NCBI GenBank assembly: GCA_037131125.1
Contig: JBAXRR010000003.1
Span: 3,682 to 67,681, forward strand
Length of the DNA: 64,000 nucleotides
Direction of reading: 5' to 3'
Source: a bacterium
GTDB lineage: Bacteria; Patescibacteriota; Dojkabacteria; GCA-016699595; JBAXKR01
In this document: in pieces, positions 1-12,470 of the stretch
Position numbering within the stretch: position 1 is the first letter of the stretch
Layout of the letters: each line of letters begins with the position of its first letter
Made by a program: the position numbers and the translations under genes
The notes under the pieces: generated by a model
The model's input: only the letters and a program-made list of their open reading frames with translations
What the model was told of the DNA's origin: nothing
The model's database searches: none

Positions 1-1
1 T

Positions 2-286
2 GCAATGAAGTTACTTCAAATAGATAACTTAGGGCTTGATGAGAACGACCGAAAGATTCTTCAAGTTATCATTACTAACTTTGAAGGAGGTCCAGTTGGA
101 CTTGGTACAATTGCAGCATCTTTGTCTGAAGAAGAAGACACAATTGCTGATGTATATGAGCCATACTTAATACAAATTGGCTTTTTACAAAGGACTCCAA
201 AGGGAAGAGTTGCAACTAAGAAGGCGTATGAGTATCTTGGGCTAGATTACACTGCTGACTCACTTGATCAGTCAAGTTTGCTATAA
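2..286 (+). CDS. ruvB: Holliday junction helicase RuvB, C-terminal part (truncated by window start)
   Basis: [51 protein letters not shown] is the RuvB C-terminal winged-helix signature. Confidence 0.95.
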   Translation, partial: AMKLLQIDNLGLDENDRKILQVIITNFEGGPVGLGTIAASLSEEEDTIADVYEPYLIQIGFLQRTPKGRVATKKAYEYLGLDYTADSLDQSSLL

Positions 287-303
287 TTTGTTAGAGAAAA
301 TAA

Positions 304-1140
304 ATGCAAATATCTACAAGAATAAAAACAATTTTAGCAACTATAGTAACTTCACTTGTGTATGTCGCGTTTGAATTTGGTATTTTTAGATTGGACTTTC
401 AAGGAATTACAGAACTCGGAAGAAGAGTAGGGGTGTCGTTAATTATTGCTGTTGTTCTCTACTTCAGTATTATGTGGGTAGTTTCTTTCAGGCTTAATTT
501 CATTAGGATATTAATAATTCCACTTTTTCCTGCATTATTCATGTTCCTATTCTCTCTTTTTGTTGGATTAACTTTCTACCAGGGAATATTTGGAGTTACA
601 GCTATTACACTTTCCTTCATAACAACTATAATTATTGTTCTTCTTACATATGGACTTGTTCTTAATGTAAATATTCTTAATGTTGCAAGTTTTAACGATA
701 CTTTACCACTTGCAAGAGCTGCCAAAACTGCACAGTACATATTCTCATTAATATGTAATTATCTCTTCTTTACGATCATCTACAACGTCAATATTAGTAA
801 CGTTCTTAGAACAATACTAACTCTTCTTTTCATGTTCTATTTAAGTTTTCAGCTTCTTTGGGTTATGTCCTTGTCTTCAAGAATAAATATAAGGTTAACA
901 TTACCAATAGGGTTAGTTCTTTTCGTTATTACACTTGCATTTAATCTTTGGCCAATATCTTCAGAATTTATAGCACTTCTTCTTACAACTTGTTTCTACG
1001 TCATTTTTGGTGTTGCATTAGAGTCCTCTCCTAAATTCTCTCGAGAAGTTATTTTTGAGTATTCCATAATTACATTCTTAGTGTTATTCTTCTGTTTTCT
1101 AGTAACCGACTGGGGAATTAATGGAAGAATGATTGGGTAA
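304..1140 (+). CDS. Multi-pass membrane protein, unknown function
   Basis: 278 aa with about 8-9 hydrophobic segments. Confidence 0.75.
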   Translation: MQISTRIKTILATIVTSLVYVAFEFGIFRLDFQGITELGRRVGVSLIIAVVLYFSIMWVVSFRLNFIRILIIPLFPALFMFLFSLFVGLTFYQGIFGVTAITLSFITTIIIVLLTYGLVLNVNILNVASFNDTLPLARAAKTAQYIFSLICNYLFFTIIYNVNISNVLRTILTLLFMFYLSFQLLWVMSLSSRINIRLTLPIGLVLFVITLAFNLWPISSEFIALLLTTCFYVIFGVALESSPKFSREVIFEYSIITFLVLFFCFLVTDWGINGRMIG

Positions 1141-1262
1141 TGTTGTAATAATACATGACTTTCCCACGATTCGTAGACTTAACGAAACAAATACTCGCAG
1201 ACTAGGTATTATTGAACAAAGTATCCTATAATGATATAATATAACTCTATTAATATTGATAA

Positions 1263-2408
1263 ATGGTATCAACAGAAGGTCAAAAAACTACAGAGACAAC
1301 ATTTAGAAATGCACTTCATATAAGTGCTTTTAGAGGTGCAATACTCCAAAACTTATCTGTAGGTACTTACATTGAAAGAGTCAAACCCTTACAAACCTGG
1401 TTTACCCTATATGGTAGGCTAAATCACTACATAGGTAATTCAGTTGAAAGGGGAATTCTAAAGCCTGCTCAGCTAAAGGTAGTTGAGAACCTCAGAGATT
1501 TTCTTTTTGAAAGAAAGGTGGTTCCAGTAAAGTCCGAAGAAGAGAGACCAACTAGCAAAATGGATGTTAGGGGATTTATTGAACTCCCAACAGGTTTTGG
1601 TAAAACTGTGATATTTTCACAGGTAATTAAGGCTTTGTTTGACAAATCCGACCTAGAGGTTACACATAAGATAAATGGGAAGGATTTAAGAGTAGTAATA
1701 GTAGTGCCAACTGTTTTGTTAGTTACTCAGACTAGAGAAAGATTAAATCAATTTGCACCAGAATTGGAAGACAAAATAGGTGTTGTATATTCAGGTGAAA
1801 AAAGGGAACCTAATAAAAGTATTACTATAACTACTTATGATTCTTTCGATACTTTGCGAGCAGATTCTTACGACCTAATGATCCTTGATGAAGTTCATGA
1901 AGCATTAACAGAAAGAAGAAAAAAAACTATAGATTCTTATAAAAATGCAGTTAAGATTGGATTTACAGCTACTCCAGATTACTCAGATTACCAAAAAACT
2001 GCAGATCTATTAAAAACTCAAATCTCAGAAGTTAGTATCCTATCTGCAATTATGGCAGGTTATCTTTGTCCAGTCCGAACTTATATAGTTAAAACCGACT
2101 TTGACTTGAGTTCAGTTAAGGTTAGTGAATCTGGAGATTACAATCCAGGAGAACTAAATAGAGCTGTGAATATAGAAGTAAGAAATAGTGCAGCGGTACA
2201 AATATATAAGGAGTATCTAAATGGGCAACAAGGATTAGCTTTTTGTACTTCAATTGATCATGCTGAAAAAGTTGCAAAGCGCTTTCAAGATGAAGGTATT
2301 ACCTCTGTTGCGGTACATTCTCTAATGAGTCCTGAATTAAGAGATCAAATTAATGAGAGGTTTAACAAGGGGGAAATTAAGGTTTTATGTGTAATGTTAA
2401 TACTCTGA
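1263..2408 (+). CDS. SF2 DEAD/DEAH-box helicase (SSL2/ResIII-like), N-terminal part of a frameshifted gene
   Basis: Motif I LPTGFGKT, Ia VVPT, II ILDEVH, III GFTATP, IV LAFCTSIDHA; frame breaks at KVLC near 2390. Confidence 0.85.
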   Translation: MVSTEGQKTTETTFRNALHISAFRGAILQNLSVGTYIERVKPLQTWFTLYGRLNHYIGNSVERGILKPAQLKVVENLRDFLFERKVVPVKSEEERPTSKMDVRGFIELPTGFGKTVIFSQVIKALFDKSDLEVTHKINGKDLRVVIVVPTVLLVTQTRERLNQFAPELEDKIGVVYSGEKREPNKSITITTYDSFDTLRADSYDLMILDEVHEALTERRKKTIDSYKNAVKIGFTATPDYSDYQKTADLLKTQISEVSILSAIMAGYLCPVRTYIVKTDFDLSSVKVSESGDYNPGELNRAVNIEVRNSAAVQIYKEYLNGQQGLAFCTSIDHAEKVAKRFQDEGITSVAVHSLMSPELRDQINERFNKGEIKVLCVMLIL

Positions 2409-3622
2409 CAAGAGGTGCAGACTTTCCTAGTGCACAGTTTGTATTGAATTTAGCCCCTACCAGATCTATTGTAAAAGAAACACAGGCAGCTGGAAGAGCT
2501 CTTCGAAATGATCCAAATTTCCCCAATAAAGTAGCTACAGTAGTGGATTTCATGGATAGTGGGGCAGAAAATAATCCACCAATTATATTTGGAGATATTC
2601 TTCTGGGTCAGGCTGAATTTCAAAGTTATCGAAATTGGTTAGTAGAGAAGCTCCAAGATACAGATGAACAAGTAATTCATGGTGATGGCTTAGGTGAAAG
2701 GGTTCATATAGAAGGAGTAGTTGATGTTCTTACTTCTATAGATAAGGTACTTGAAGTATCTAAAGGGAGAGATATAAACCCTTTTCAAAATTGGGTTTCC
2801 ATTAACAGAATGCAAGATATACTAAAAGCTAAATTACAATTAAGTAGTACGGTTGGTTTAACATACTTAAAAAGGGCAGTTGATGAAATTTTGGCCATTC
2901 CAGAAAACAAAGATTTGTTAGAGACAGAAGTTAACAGAATGTTGAGATCTAATACCGAGTTTGGAGAAAGGTATCTTACAAGATTTTCTCCAGTGATTTT
3001 GCAAAAAGTATTAGATTATTTTAAAGAAATAAAAGATAGATCAGATGCTTTGTATTTAAGTGGTTGGAGAACTCTACGTGAGTGTTCATATTTTTATGGA
3101 ATACCAAGAAAGGTCTTAGATCCAGTGATTGCATCCGAACTAGGTAAAGTAAATGAGTCAGACCATATAGTGAGAAAGTTTTTTGATGAAAATACTATCT
3201 ATGATGAAATAGAATTGTGCTCACCTCAAATAATAGATGCAGCTCTAGATAGTATTTATAAAGCACAGTTTAGTGCAACTGATTCTAAAGCTTCCGACAA
3301 ATTTTTTGGACTCACCAATTATGCCCTTGATAATAGGCTTAGGTATGGAGATATGATTAATTATTACACTTTTCTTAATATAAGAGGTAAATATAGTTTT
3401 GCAACACAACATGATTTTGATTTACTGATAGTCAATCCACTTAAGATAGAAATTGATGCGGCATTGGCTGGTGCAATAAATGATGGTGATGAAAAAAAAC
3501 AAAATCTGCTAAAAAGCATTATAGTTCAAAGAGTTAATCCTAAAGGAGAAAAAGTAACTCTTTACAGAAGAAAACAAATAGATCGCGCATTAAAAGTGTA
3601 TTACGATCAGAGAAAAAAATGA
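2387..3622 (+). CDS. C-terminal part of the same SF2 helicase plus an unknown tail
   Basis: Starts with motif V (NVNTLTRGADFP) and motif VI (QAAGRALR), continuing the upstream ORF in another frame. Confidence 0.8.
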   Translation: MCNVNTLTRGADFPSAQFVLNLAPTRSIVKETQAAGRALRNDPNFPNKVATVVDFMDSGAENNPPIIFGDILLGQAEFQSYRNWLVEKLQDTDEQVIHGDGLGERVHIEGVVDVLTSIDKVLEVSKGRDINPFQNWVSINRMQDILKAKLQLSSTVGLTYLKRAVDEILAIPENKDLLETEVNRMLRSNTEFGERYLTRFSPVILQKVLDYFKEIKDRSDALYLSGWRTLRECSYFYGIPRKVLDPVIASELGKVNESDHIVRKFFDENTIYDEIELCSPQIIDAALDSIYKAQFSATDSKASDKFFGLTNYALDNRLRYGDMINYYTFLNIRGKYSFATQHDFDLLIVNPLKIEIDAALAGAINDGDEKKQNLLKSIIVQRVNPKGEKVTLYRRKQIDRALKVYYDQRKK

Positions 3623-3936
3623 TTTATTTGCTCTACAAATCAGCAGGGGAGAGGGGAGTTGTTACTTTCTAATAATCCAAGTTAAACATAAATATATAAC
3701 TATAGGTCATTATCTTATAGTTATTCTTGTATTGATGTAATAATTACAACATGTGAAACATCTCAAATTGTGGATAACTAGGCAATCGGTGGGGAAGTAG
3801 TACCTTTTTACTTCACTCCTGCATAACTATCTGTAACTAATCCCTATGAAAGTAGAAGTATTTGAATAAATGTACTGAATAATACTGTTATTAAAGGATA
3901 ATTGAATATATGCTCTTTTAGCAAAAGAGAGAGGTA

Positions 3937-3964
3937 TTGACAGGAATATATTATCGAGTATAAT
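3937..3964 (+). promoter_or_regulatory. Consensus sigma70-type promoter upstream of the recombinase
   Basis: TTGACA (3937-3942), 16-nt spacer, TATAAT (3959-3964). Confidence 0.7.
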
Positions 3965-4209
3965 CACTCTTATATGCCGTTTGCGGTATAAGAAGCGAAG
4001 GGTATATGGCTTTTGTCATATATTTATAATATTCTATTAATACTGTTTTAAGGTTCTTTTTTATATTATTTATTTAATTATTAAGTTATTTTTGACTAAT
4101 ATTTTCTCTCAATATTCTATTTATTTCTCTTAGCCTGAGATTTCAATAAAATGGCTAAATATAGGTAAATTGGGGGTTTTGTCAAAATTAGCACTCACCT
4201 ACTTAAATC

Positions 4210-5268
4210 ATGTCAAATATACTTAATAACAAAGAAGAGTTTTATAATAGTCTTTTAAGCAATAATTATAGCGAAAAGACCTTATCTAGCTATAAAAGAG
4301 ACATTAATGCCTTTGAAAGATTCCTAATGTTAAACAAGCTTGATTTTATGACAATAAATCGACTTACTATCAATAACTTTAAGGCAATCCTTATGGGGCC
4401 TGGGCATTTGAAGCTTTTTGAAGATGAAGTTAATGGGACGATAAGAGTTCATACAATATCTAACTCAAAGCCAGGTTTATCAAGCAAATCCGTGAATAGA
4501 ATGTTATCAGCTATAAGGTCATATCTAAGGTTCTTAGTTATCAATGATCTGGAAAGCCCATTACCACCTGATAAAATAGACTTTGTTAAGAAAGAAAAGA
4601 AAGTTTCTTTACTTGCAGATGAGGCAGATATCTTCAGATTAGTTGAGTATCCAACGATATTCGAAAAGGATGAATTTATTAAGTGCCGTAACAGATTATT
4701 CTTAGAACTGTTATTCTCAACTGGTATGAGAATATCTGAGGCTTGTAGTCTCAACATGGATCAGATTGGATATATGGATAAGGCTTCAGGTAAGTTCATT
4801 GTCAATGACAAGATATATATAAGTGGTAAGGGAAAGAAGCAAAGATATATATACATACTACCTAGATGTAAAGAACATATTGAGAAATACTTGGAAATAA
4901 GAAATTCGGAACTACCTGCATTGTTCATACCTAAAACAGGCACTAGAAAGGTCTTAAAAGAGCCTTTGAATATACGAGTATCTAATAACTACTTCCAAAT
5001 GAAGATAGTTCAATATAGAAGACTTCTAGGTATCAATGTAAGAACATCAGCACATAGTCTAAGGCATGGATTTGCAACTTTTCTAGCAGAAAAAGGCGCT
5101 AATGTTGTGGCACTACAAACACTACTAGGCCATGAATCTCTAACTACTACAACTAAGTACTTACATTCTTCAGATAAACTGGCTGAAAAAGTTGTTAGAG
5201 AGCTAGGGGGGACTGACAATCCTTCTGGCACAGCACTTTCTAGTGAATCGAGTTTAAATGAGTTATAA
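4210..5268 (+). CDS. Tyrosine recombinase, XerC/XerD-like
   Basis: N-terminal YSEKTLSSYKRDI; catalytic R (TGMRISE), K (GKGKKQR), HxxR (HSLRH), LGH and Y (TTKY). Confidence 0.92.
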   Translation: MSNILNNKEEFYNSLLSNNYSEKTLSSYKRDINAFERFLMLNKLDFMTINRLTINNFKAILMGPGHLKLFEDEVNGTIRVHTISNSKPGLSSKSVNRMLSAIRSYLRFLVINDLESPLPPDKIDFVKKEKKVSLLADEADIFRLVEYPTIFEKDEFIKCRNRLFLELLFSTGMRISEACSLNMDQIGYMDKASGKFIVNDKIYISGKGKKQRYIYILPRCKEHIEKYLEIRNSELPALFIPKTGTRKVLKEPLNIRVSNNYFQMKIVQYRRLLGINVRTSAHSLRHGFATFLAEKGANVVALQTLLGHESLTTTTKYLHSSDKLAEKVVRELGGTDNPSGTALSSESSLNEL

Positions 5269-5848
5269 GCAAGCTTAACTTATTTAAGGTAACTTATCTC
5301 ATCTATTTGAATAAAAAAATATAATTTACGATTAAGAATGATATTTCAACCAATTTTAATTGAAAAATGTCTATTAAAATATAATCTGCTTTTTAATCCT
5401 AATATCGTTTTATTTTTTCTTATAATAAATTAAACTACTTTTACTAACCAGACTATTCAAAAGTAATATAATTTGTTTACTAATTTAAACTAGATAGGTA
5501 GAAATCACCTTCATACATAAAATGCACTCCTAAAATTACTTGTAAGAAAATTAAAAGTACTGAGTATAATCTTTTTGTCACTCTCTTAATCAATTTTAAA
5601 AACATATTTAATGAAGTTTACCTTACTAACATGCTATTAGTTAAAATCTATATTTTATAATTTAGTATTAGAGTATATTTATTAACATGTCTGTAAAGTT
5701 AGTTAATATTTCCCTGTCTCTTACTCTGGCAATGTTAAATATGTTTTTCAGGATAAATAATGCGTAAATAGTAATTTGTGCTATAATCGCTCCAATTTAT
5801 AAAGTTAGGATTACTATTAACAAATATTTAATTCTTAATATCAATCAT

Positions 5849-6892
5849 ATGGTTACTCCACTTATGGAAGCTGAAGCTACTGCAATAGATACTACTCTTA
5901 AAAATCTTATTATAACTCCCAGACCAGAGGAAAGGATGCTTGAAACATCCTTACTAGCTATTATTGTGACTTCGGAAAATTACGGGAGGCTAACTACTTT
6001 TTATGATGGTGATTATGTAATTAAAGCTAGTGAATTTTCTAAGCTTTCACTTCGTAATGACGAAGATCCAAATTACGATATCTCTGGACTAAAAGCGTTT
6101 ATTTGTAGAATTGATAAAATCACAACTTTAAATGGGGATCCTATTGAGTATTGTTATACTGACCCTAATGGTAAATCAATTACGAAACGTGCCGATTTTT
6201 TGCGTTCGAATTTTTATAATCTTTCATCCATTGGAGATTACAATCCAACTAGCTCTGCTATCACTTATAATGCTGAAATAGTAAGTATAAGAGCTCGTGA
6301 CAAAGTAAATTCGGAATACAAAGCGCAAGTATTAGCAAGACGCCGAGCTCTATATTCTTTGGGGATATCTGAAGTTAGAATATTAATAAGCAATAAATAC
6401 AATTATGAGCCACTTTTTCAATTTCCTGGTGATGATTTTCTACACTTTAATGAAAAGGCAAGTGATGTAGAGTTCAGGGTTTTAAAAGATGTTTTAAAAG
6501 ATACTGAAGAATTTGATGGAGCTAGATTAGTACCAAACGATATATTAGTTATGCATTATGGTAATTCAAATACCCCATACAAGTTGCTTAGATTTGTTGG
6601 ATATCCAGATAGGGAATCTCCAGATCCTTTAAGGAGATTGTATCGTACTGTTGAAGTACGAAAAGATGAGAGTGGATTATCATCCCATGTTTTTGAGTAT
6701 GGGACAGTACTATTTGAAGCACAGATTTATTCGAGAAATGCAAGAGTAAGGATTTTCAAAACTAATAAAGATTTCGTAGAATTTTACAATGAACTCTCGG
6801 AAGTTAAGAATGCTTCAAGTGATCAAATTAAAGCATTGTTATGTACTAAGGCAGGAATAACTATTAAGGAATTAGAAGAAGCAAAAAAATAA
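5849..6892 (+). CDS. Hypothetical protein
   Basis: 347-aa ORF with an upstream TGCTATAAT extended -10 and a downstream terminator; no motif recognised. Confidence 0.7.
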   Translation: MVTPLMEAEATAIDTTLKNLIITPRPEERMLETSLLAIIVTSENYGRLTTFYDGDYVIKASEFSKLSLRNDEDPNYDISGLKAFICRIDKITTLNGDPIEYCYTDPNGKSITKRADFLRSNFYNLSSIGDYNPTSSAITYNAEIVSIRARDKVNSEYKAQVLARRRALYSLGISEVRILISNKYNYEPLFQFPGDDFLHFNEKASDVEFRVLKDVLKDTEEFDGARLVPNDILVMHYGNSNTPYKLLRFVGYPDRESPDPLRRLYRTVEVRKDESGLSSHVFEYGTVLFEAQIYSRNARVRIFKTNKDFVEFYNELSEVKNASSDQIKALLCTKAGITIKELEEAKK

Positions 6893-6905
6893 CTTTTGAT
6901 ACCAT

Positions 6906-6939
6906 AAAGGGGAGTCTTTATGACTCCCCTTTTATTTTT
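6906..6939. terminator. Intrinsic terminator between convergent genes, probably bidirectional
   Basis: AAAGGGGAGTC-tttat-GACTCCCCTTT followed by a T-tract. Confidence 0.85.
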
Positions 6940-6956
6940 CATCTATGTTTACATAT

Positions 6957-9584
6957 CTAGATAAGTGCCATTGCAGCAACCTTATCCTCTGGATCATTAA
7001 ATCTTATTAAATGTACTCCACTTGTTTGTCTGTTTCTTTCTGGTAGATCTTTTACCGCTAATCTAATTGATTGACCTTTTTCACTCATAATTAGTATCTC
7101 AAGATCTGGGTGATCCATCACTCTAGCGACGACTAATTCTCCAGTTTTCTTGTTAATCTCATGAGCATAAATTCCACTACCTCCACGACCTTGAATTCCA
7201 AATTGTGCAATTTTTGTTGCCTTACCAAAGCCAAGTTCCGTGATTGTGAGTAAATAATTTTCTTTATTTCTAACTACATCCATTGATATGACTTGGTCGT
7301 TTTCTTTAGCAAATTTGATACCTCTAACTCCCATAGTTGACCTTCCAGTTTCTCTTACATCGTCTTCATGGAAGTGAATAGATTTTGCCATTTGAGTTAC
7401 GATCAATATCTCATCTTTTCCTGTTGTTGGTTTTACCCAAACAAGCTCATCATTTTGTTCTAGCTTAATTGCAATTAATCCATTATTCCTAATGTTTTGG
7501 TAATCCTCAATTAAGGTTTTCTTTACAGTTCCCTTCTTAGTTGCCATGAATAGGAACTTGTAATCTCTACCTTCATGCTCAGTTTTTTCTTCACCTTCTT
7601 GAATTACTTCCTCATCTAGGAATTTACCATTAGAGTGAGTAAGTATTGAGGTTATTCTTTCTCCTTGTTCAACATTAACTATGTTAACAATTGCTTGGCC
7701 TTTAGCTTGTCTGCCAAATTCTGGGATATCATAGACTTTACTTTCAAAAACTCTTCCTTTGTTAGTAAAGAACATAATACTGTCATGAGTTGAGCAGGTG
7801 AATACATGTGCTACGGCATCATCTTCCTTTGTAGTCATCCCTATTTTCCCCTTTCCTCCCCTATTTTGTACTGTATATACATCCTGCTTCATTCTCTTAA
7901 TATATCCCTGTTCACTTACAGTAATTATTACATCTTCTTTAGCTACTAGGTCTTCTTCTGCAACTTCTCCAAGTGCACCCTTATGTAGCTTTGTTCGTCT
8001 TGGGTCATCTACTTTTTCGAGTACTGCTTCAAGCTCAGACTTGATAAAGCCAATAATTTTAAGAGGATCTGAAAGAAGAGCTATTAAGAAGTCTACCTTC
8101 TTTTTAAGTTCTTTATACTCTTCTTCAATTCTCTTTCTTTCAAGTGCAGCAAGTTTTCTAAGTTGCATATCTAGGATAGCTGTTGCTTGTATCTCACTTA
8201 ATTTAAACTTCTTCATAAGTCCGAGTTTTGCAACTTCACTATCTGCAGATTCTCTAATAAGCTTAATAACTGCATCTAGATTATCTAGAGCTATCATTAG
8301 ACCTTCTAAAATGTGTATTCTTTCTTGTGCTTTTGCTAACTCATACTCATTCTTTCTTACTACTATTTCTTGTCTATGCTCAACGAATAGTTCTAATAGC
8401 TTCTTTAAACTCAATACTTTTGGTTCACCTCTTACAAGACAAAGCATATTTGCATTAAATGCTTTTTGAAGTTCAGTGTATTTGAATAAGTTGTTAAGTA
8501 TTACATTTGGCTTACCTTCTCTTTTTATTTCAATAACTATTCTAATACCGAGTTTATTAGATTCATCTCTAATATCTGAAATACCTTCAACCTTTTTGTC
8601 TTTAACAAGTTCAGCAATCTTTGCAACAAGTCTAGCCTTATTCACTTGGTATGGAAGCTCTGAGATTATGATTTCAAATCTTCCACCCTTTGTTTCCTCA
8701 ATCTTTGCAACACCTCTCATGAGTACTCTTCCTCTTCCTGTTGCGTACATGTTCTTAATCTCTTTCTGATCATAGATTACTCCATATGTTGGGAAGTCTG
8801 GTCCTGGAATAAACTTCATAAGATCATCTAGTTCTACATTGGATTCAAATTTAGGATATCTGTCAGGGGCGAGTGTAGCAAGATCTGCAATTGTCTTAAT
8901 ATTCTTTGCATAATTACTATTTCTTGTTAACCACTCCTTTTCAGGCTCCCAACCACTTCCACGAGATAGCATATCTATTAAGGCTTTTACTACCTCTCCA
9001 GCATTATGTGGTGGTATTTTTGTTGCCATACCTACAGCAATACCTTCTGCTCCATTTAAAATTACGTTTGGAAGTAATGATGGCATAACTAATGGCTCTT
9101 TGTAATTACCATCGTAGTTTGGACCATATTCCACTGTTTGGTATTCAAGTTCCTCAATTATGTTCATTGCAAACTTTGTAAGCTTTGCCTCTGTATACCT
9201 CATAGCAGCAGCACTATCTCCATCAATAGATCCAAAGTTTCCTTGTCCATCTATGAGAGGATATCTGTAGCTAAACTCTTGTGCCATACGAACTAACGTA
9301 TCATATACGGCAACATCTCCATGTGGATGATACTTACCAATAACGTCTCCAACGATTCTAGCTGACTTTTTATATCCCTTAGAAGGAATAATCCCCTGCT
9401 TATACATAGAATATAGGATTCTACGTTGAACAGGTTTTAATCCATCTCTAACATCTGGAAGTGCACGAGCAACAATAACGCTCATGGCATAGTTGATGTA
9501 GCTGGTTTTCATCTCCCCTACAACATCTGCATTTCTGATGTTAGTACTAGTATCTGTTGAGTTTGTTATTCTTTTGTCATCCAT
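6957..9584 (-). CDS. gyrA: DNA gyrase subunit A
   Basis: [29 protein letters not shown] (catalytic Tyr), GyrA-box QNRGGKG, beta-pinwheel repeats. Confidence 0.97.
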   Translation of the reverse strand: MDDKRITNSTDTSTNIRNADVVGEMKTSYINYAMSVIVARALPDVRDGLKPVQRRILYSMYKQGIIPSKGYKKSARIVGDVIGKYHPHGDVAVYDTLVRMAQEFSYRYPLIDGQGNFGSIDGDSAAAMRYTEAKLTKFAMNIIEELEYQTVEYGPNYDGNYKEPLVMPSLLPNVILNGAEGIAVGMATKIPPHNAGEVVKALIDMLSRGSGWEPEKEWLTRNSNYAKNIKTIADLATLAPDRYPKFESNVELDDLMKFIPGPDFPTYGVIYDQKEIKNMYATGRGRVLMRGVAKIEETKGGRFEIIISELPYQVNKARLVAKIAELVKDKKVEGISDIRDESNKLGIRIVIEIKREGKPNVILNNLFKYTELQKAFNANMLCLVRGEPKVLSLKKLLELFVEHRQEIVVRKNEYELAKAQERIHILEGLMIALDNLDAVIKLIRESADSEVAKLGLMKKFKLSEIQATAILDMQLRKLAALERKRIEEEYKELKKKVDFLIALLSDPLKIIGFIKSELEAVLEKVDDPRRTKLHKGALGEVAEEDLVAKEDVIITVSEQGYIKRMKQDVYTVQNRGGKGKIGMTTKEDDAVAHVFTCSTHDSIMFFTNKGRVFESKVYDIPEFGRQAKGQAIVNIVNVEQGERITSILTHSNGKFLDEEVIQEGEEKTEHEGRDYKFLFMATKKGTVKKTLIEDYQNIRNNGLIAIKLEQNDELVWVKPTTGKDEILIVTQMAKSIHFHEDDVRETGRSTMGVRGIKFAKENDQVISMDVVRNKENYLLTITELGFGKATKIAQFGIQGRGGSGIYAHEINKKTGELVVARVMDHPDLEILIMSEKGQSIRLAVKDLPERNRQTSGVHLIRFNDPEDKVAAMALI

Positions 9585-9607
9585 GGTTACTATAAATTAG
9601 TTAATCT

Positions 9608-9901
9608 TTAAATTGGTTTAATTGTTGTTTTAACAACAGGTCTTTGAGCTCTTTCCAATGCTATTTGTCTTGCCTCAATTACTTCTTTAGGTATATCCAT
9701 AGCAGTTGCTCTGTCATGAATTGGCCTTTCCCAAATAGGATTTACCTCTTTTCCCTTTTTTAATTCATTTGTTGCCAAAGCATGGTGTCTGTGAAGCCCA
9801 AACCCTTTTAATATTTTGTGAAATAATCCTCTCTCAAAACTATTCAGTCCATCTAGTGCAGATTTTGCTTTCATTTCTTCTCCTATACCTGTAGTTTCCA
9901 T
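9608..9901 (-). CDS. Small hypothetical protein between gyrB and gyrA
   Basis: 97-aa ORF co-oriented with and tightly packed against its neighbours. Confidence 0.6.
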   Translation of the reverse strand: METTGIGEEMKAKSALDGLNSFERGLFHKILKGFGLHRHHALATNELKKGKEVNPIWERPIHDRATAMDIPKEVIEARQIALERAQRPVVKTTIKPI

Positions 9902-9912
9902 ATTATTTATAA

Positions 9913-10392
9913 TTACATTTTTTTATATTTAAATTCCTGCATGTTTTTCCATGCTTTTTCTAAGAAAGCCTCTGACTTCTTAATGTCTCTGTTATATACC
10001 TCGTTTTGCACTTTGTTAATAAATCCTGCCCACATTGTTGCTGTCATTTCTTCTGCACTTTTAAAGTAGCTTGCCAAAATATCCATATCCTTTTTACTTA
10101 CTTTGGTAATATCAAAATCGTAGCTTAAGAATGATCTATAAATATCATAAGATAGACCTTTAGGAAACTTAGATTTGGTATATCTTTCAACAACTTCTTT
10201 AATCTCTTCAATCGTGTATGTTTTAAGTTCTTCTTTGTTAAAATTCCAAGGAGCTTTGCCTTGGAAAATATTTTTTACTTCAAGTCCAGTTAATATCCCA
10301 GTACTTGCTAAATTAAGTAATGGTTCAGGTGTTCCATCACTTAAACTAAAACCGTATTTATCAAATACTGCCTTCTGTTTTTGACTTTTAAT
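9913..10392 (-). CDS. Hypothetical protein (~159 aa), not in the ORF track; apparent ATT start
   Basis: Stop-free frame IKSQKQKAVFDKYGFSLSDGTPEPLL...EKAWKNMQEFKYKKM* fills the gap after gyrB; TATAAT lies 7 nt before the ATT. Confidence 0.6.
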   Translation of the reverse strand: MKSQKQKAVFDKYGFSLSDGTPEPLLNLASTGILTGLEVKNIFQGKAPWNFNKEELKTYTIEEIKEVVERYTKSKFPKGLSYDIYRSFLSYDFDITKVSKKDMDILASYFKSAEEMTATMWAGFINKVQNEVYNRDIKKSEAFLEKAWKNMQEFKYKKM

Positions 10393-10426
10393 AGTACTAA
10401 TTATATTTCTAAATCGTTATATTTAA

Positions 10427-12400
<1,974 letters not shown>

Positions 12401-12470
12401 TTATATTAACTTTAATTATACCATATTTGACTCATTCTTGAAGTCAAAAAGGCTTATTTATCAAGCCTAC

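Noticed and set aside
3769-3777. Perfect DnaA box (TGTGGATAA) suggesting oriC
   Set aside because: Only one consensus box, no clear cluster, and no dnaA or dnaN in the window.
4188-4196. TTAGCACTC, the left arm of a CIRCE element, before the recombinase
   Set aside because: The right arm GAGTGCTAA is absent 9 nt downstream.
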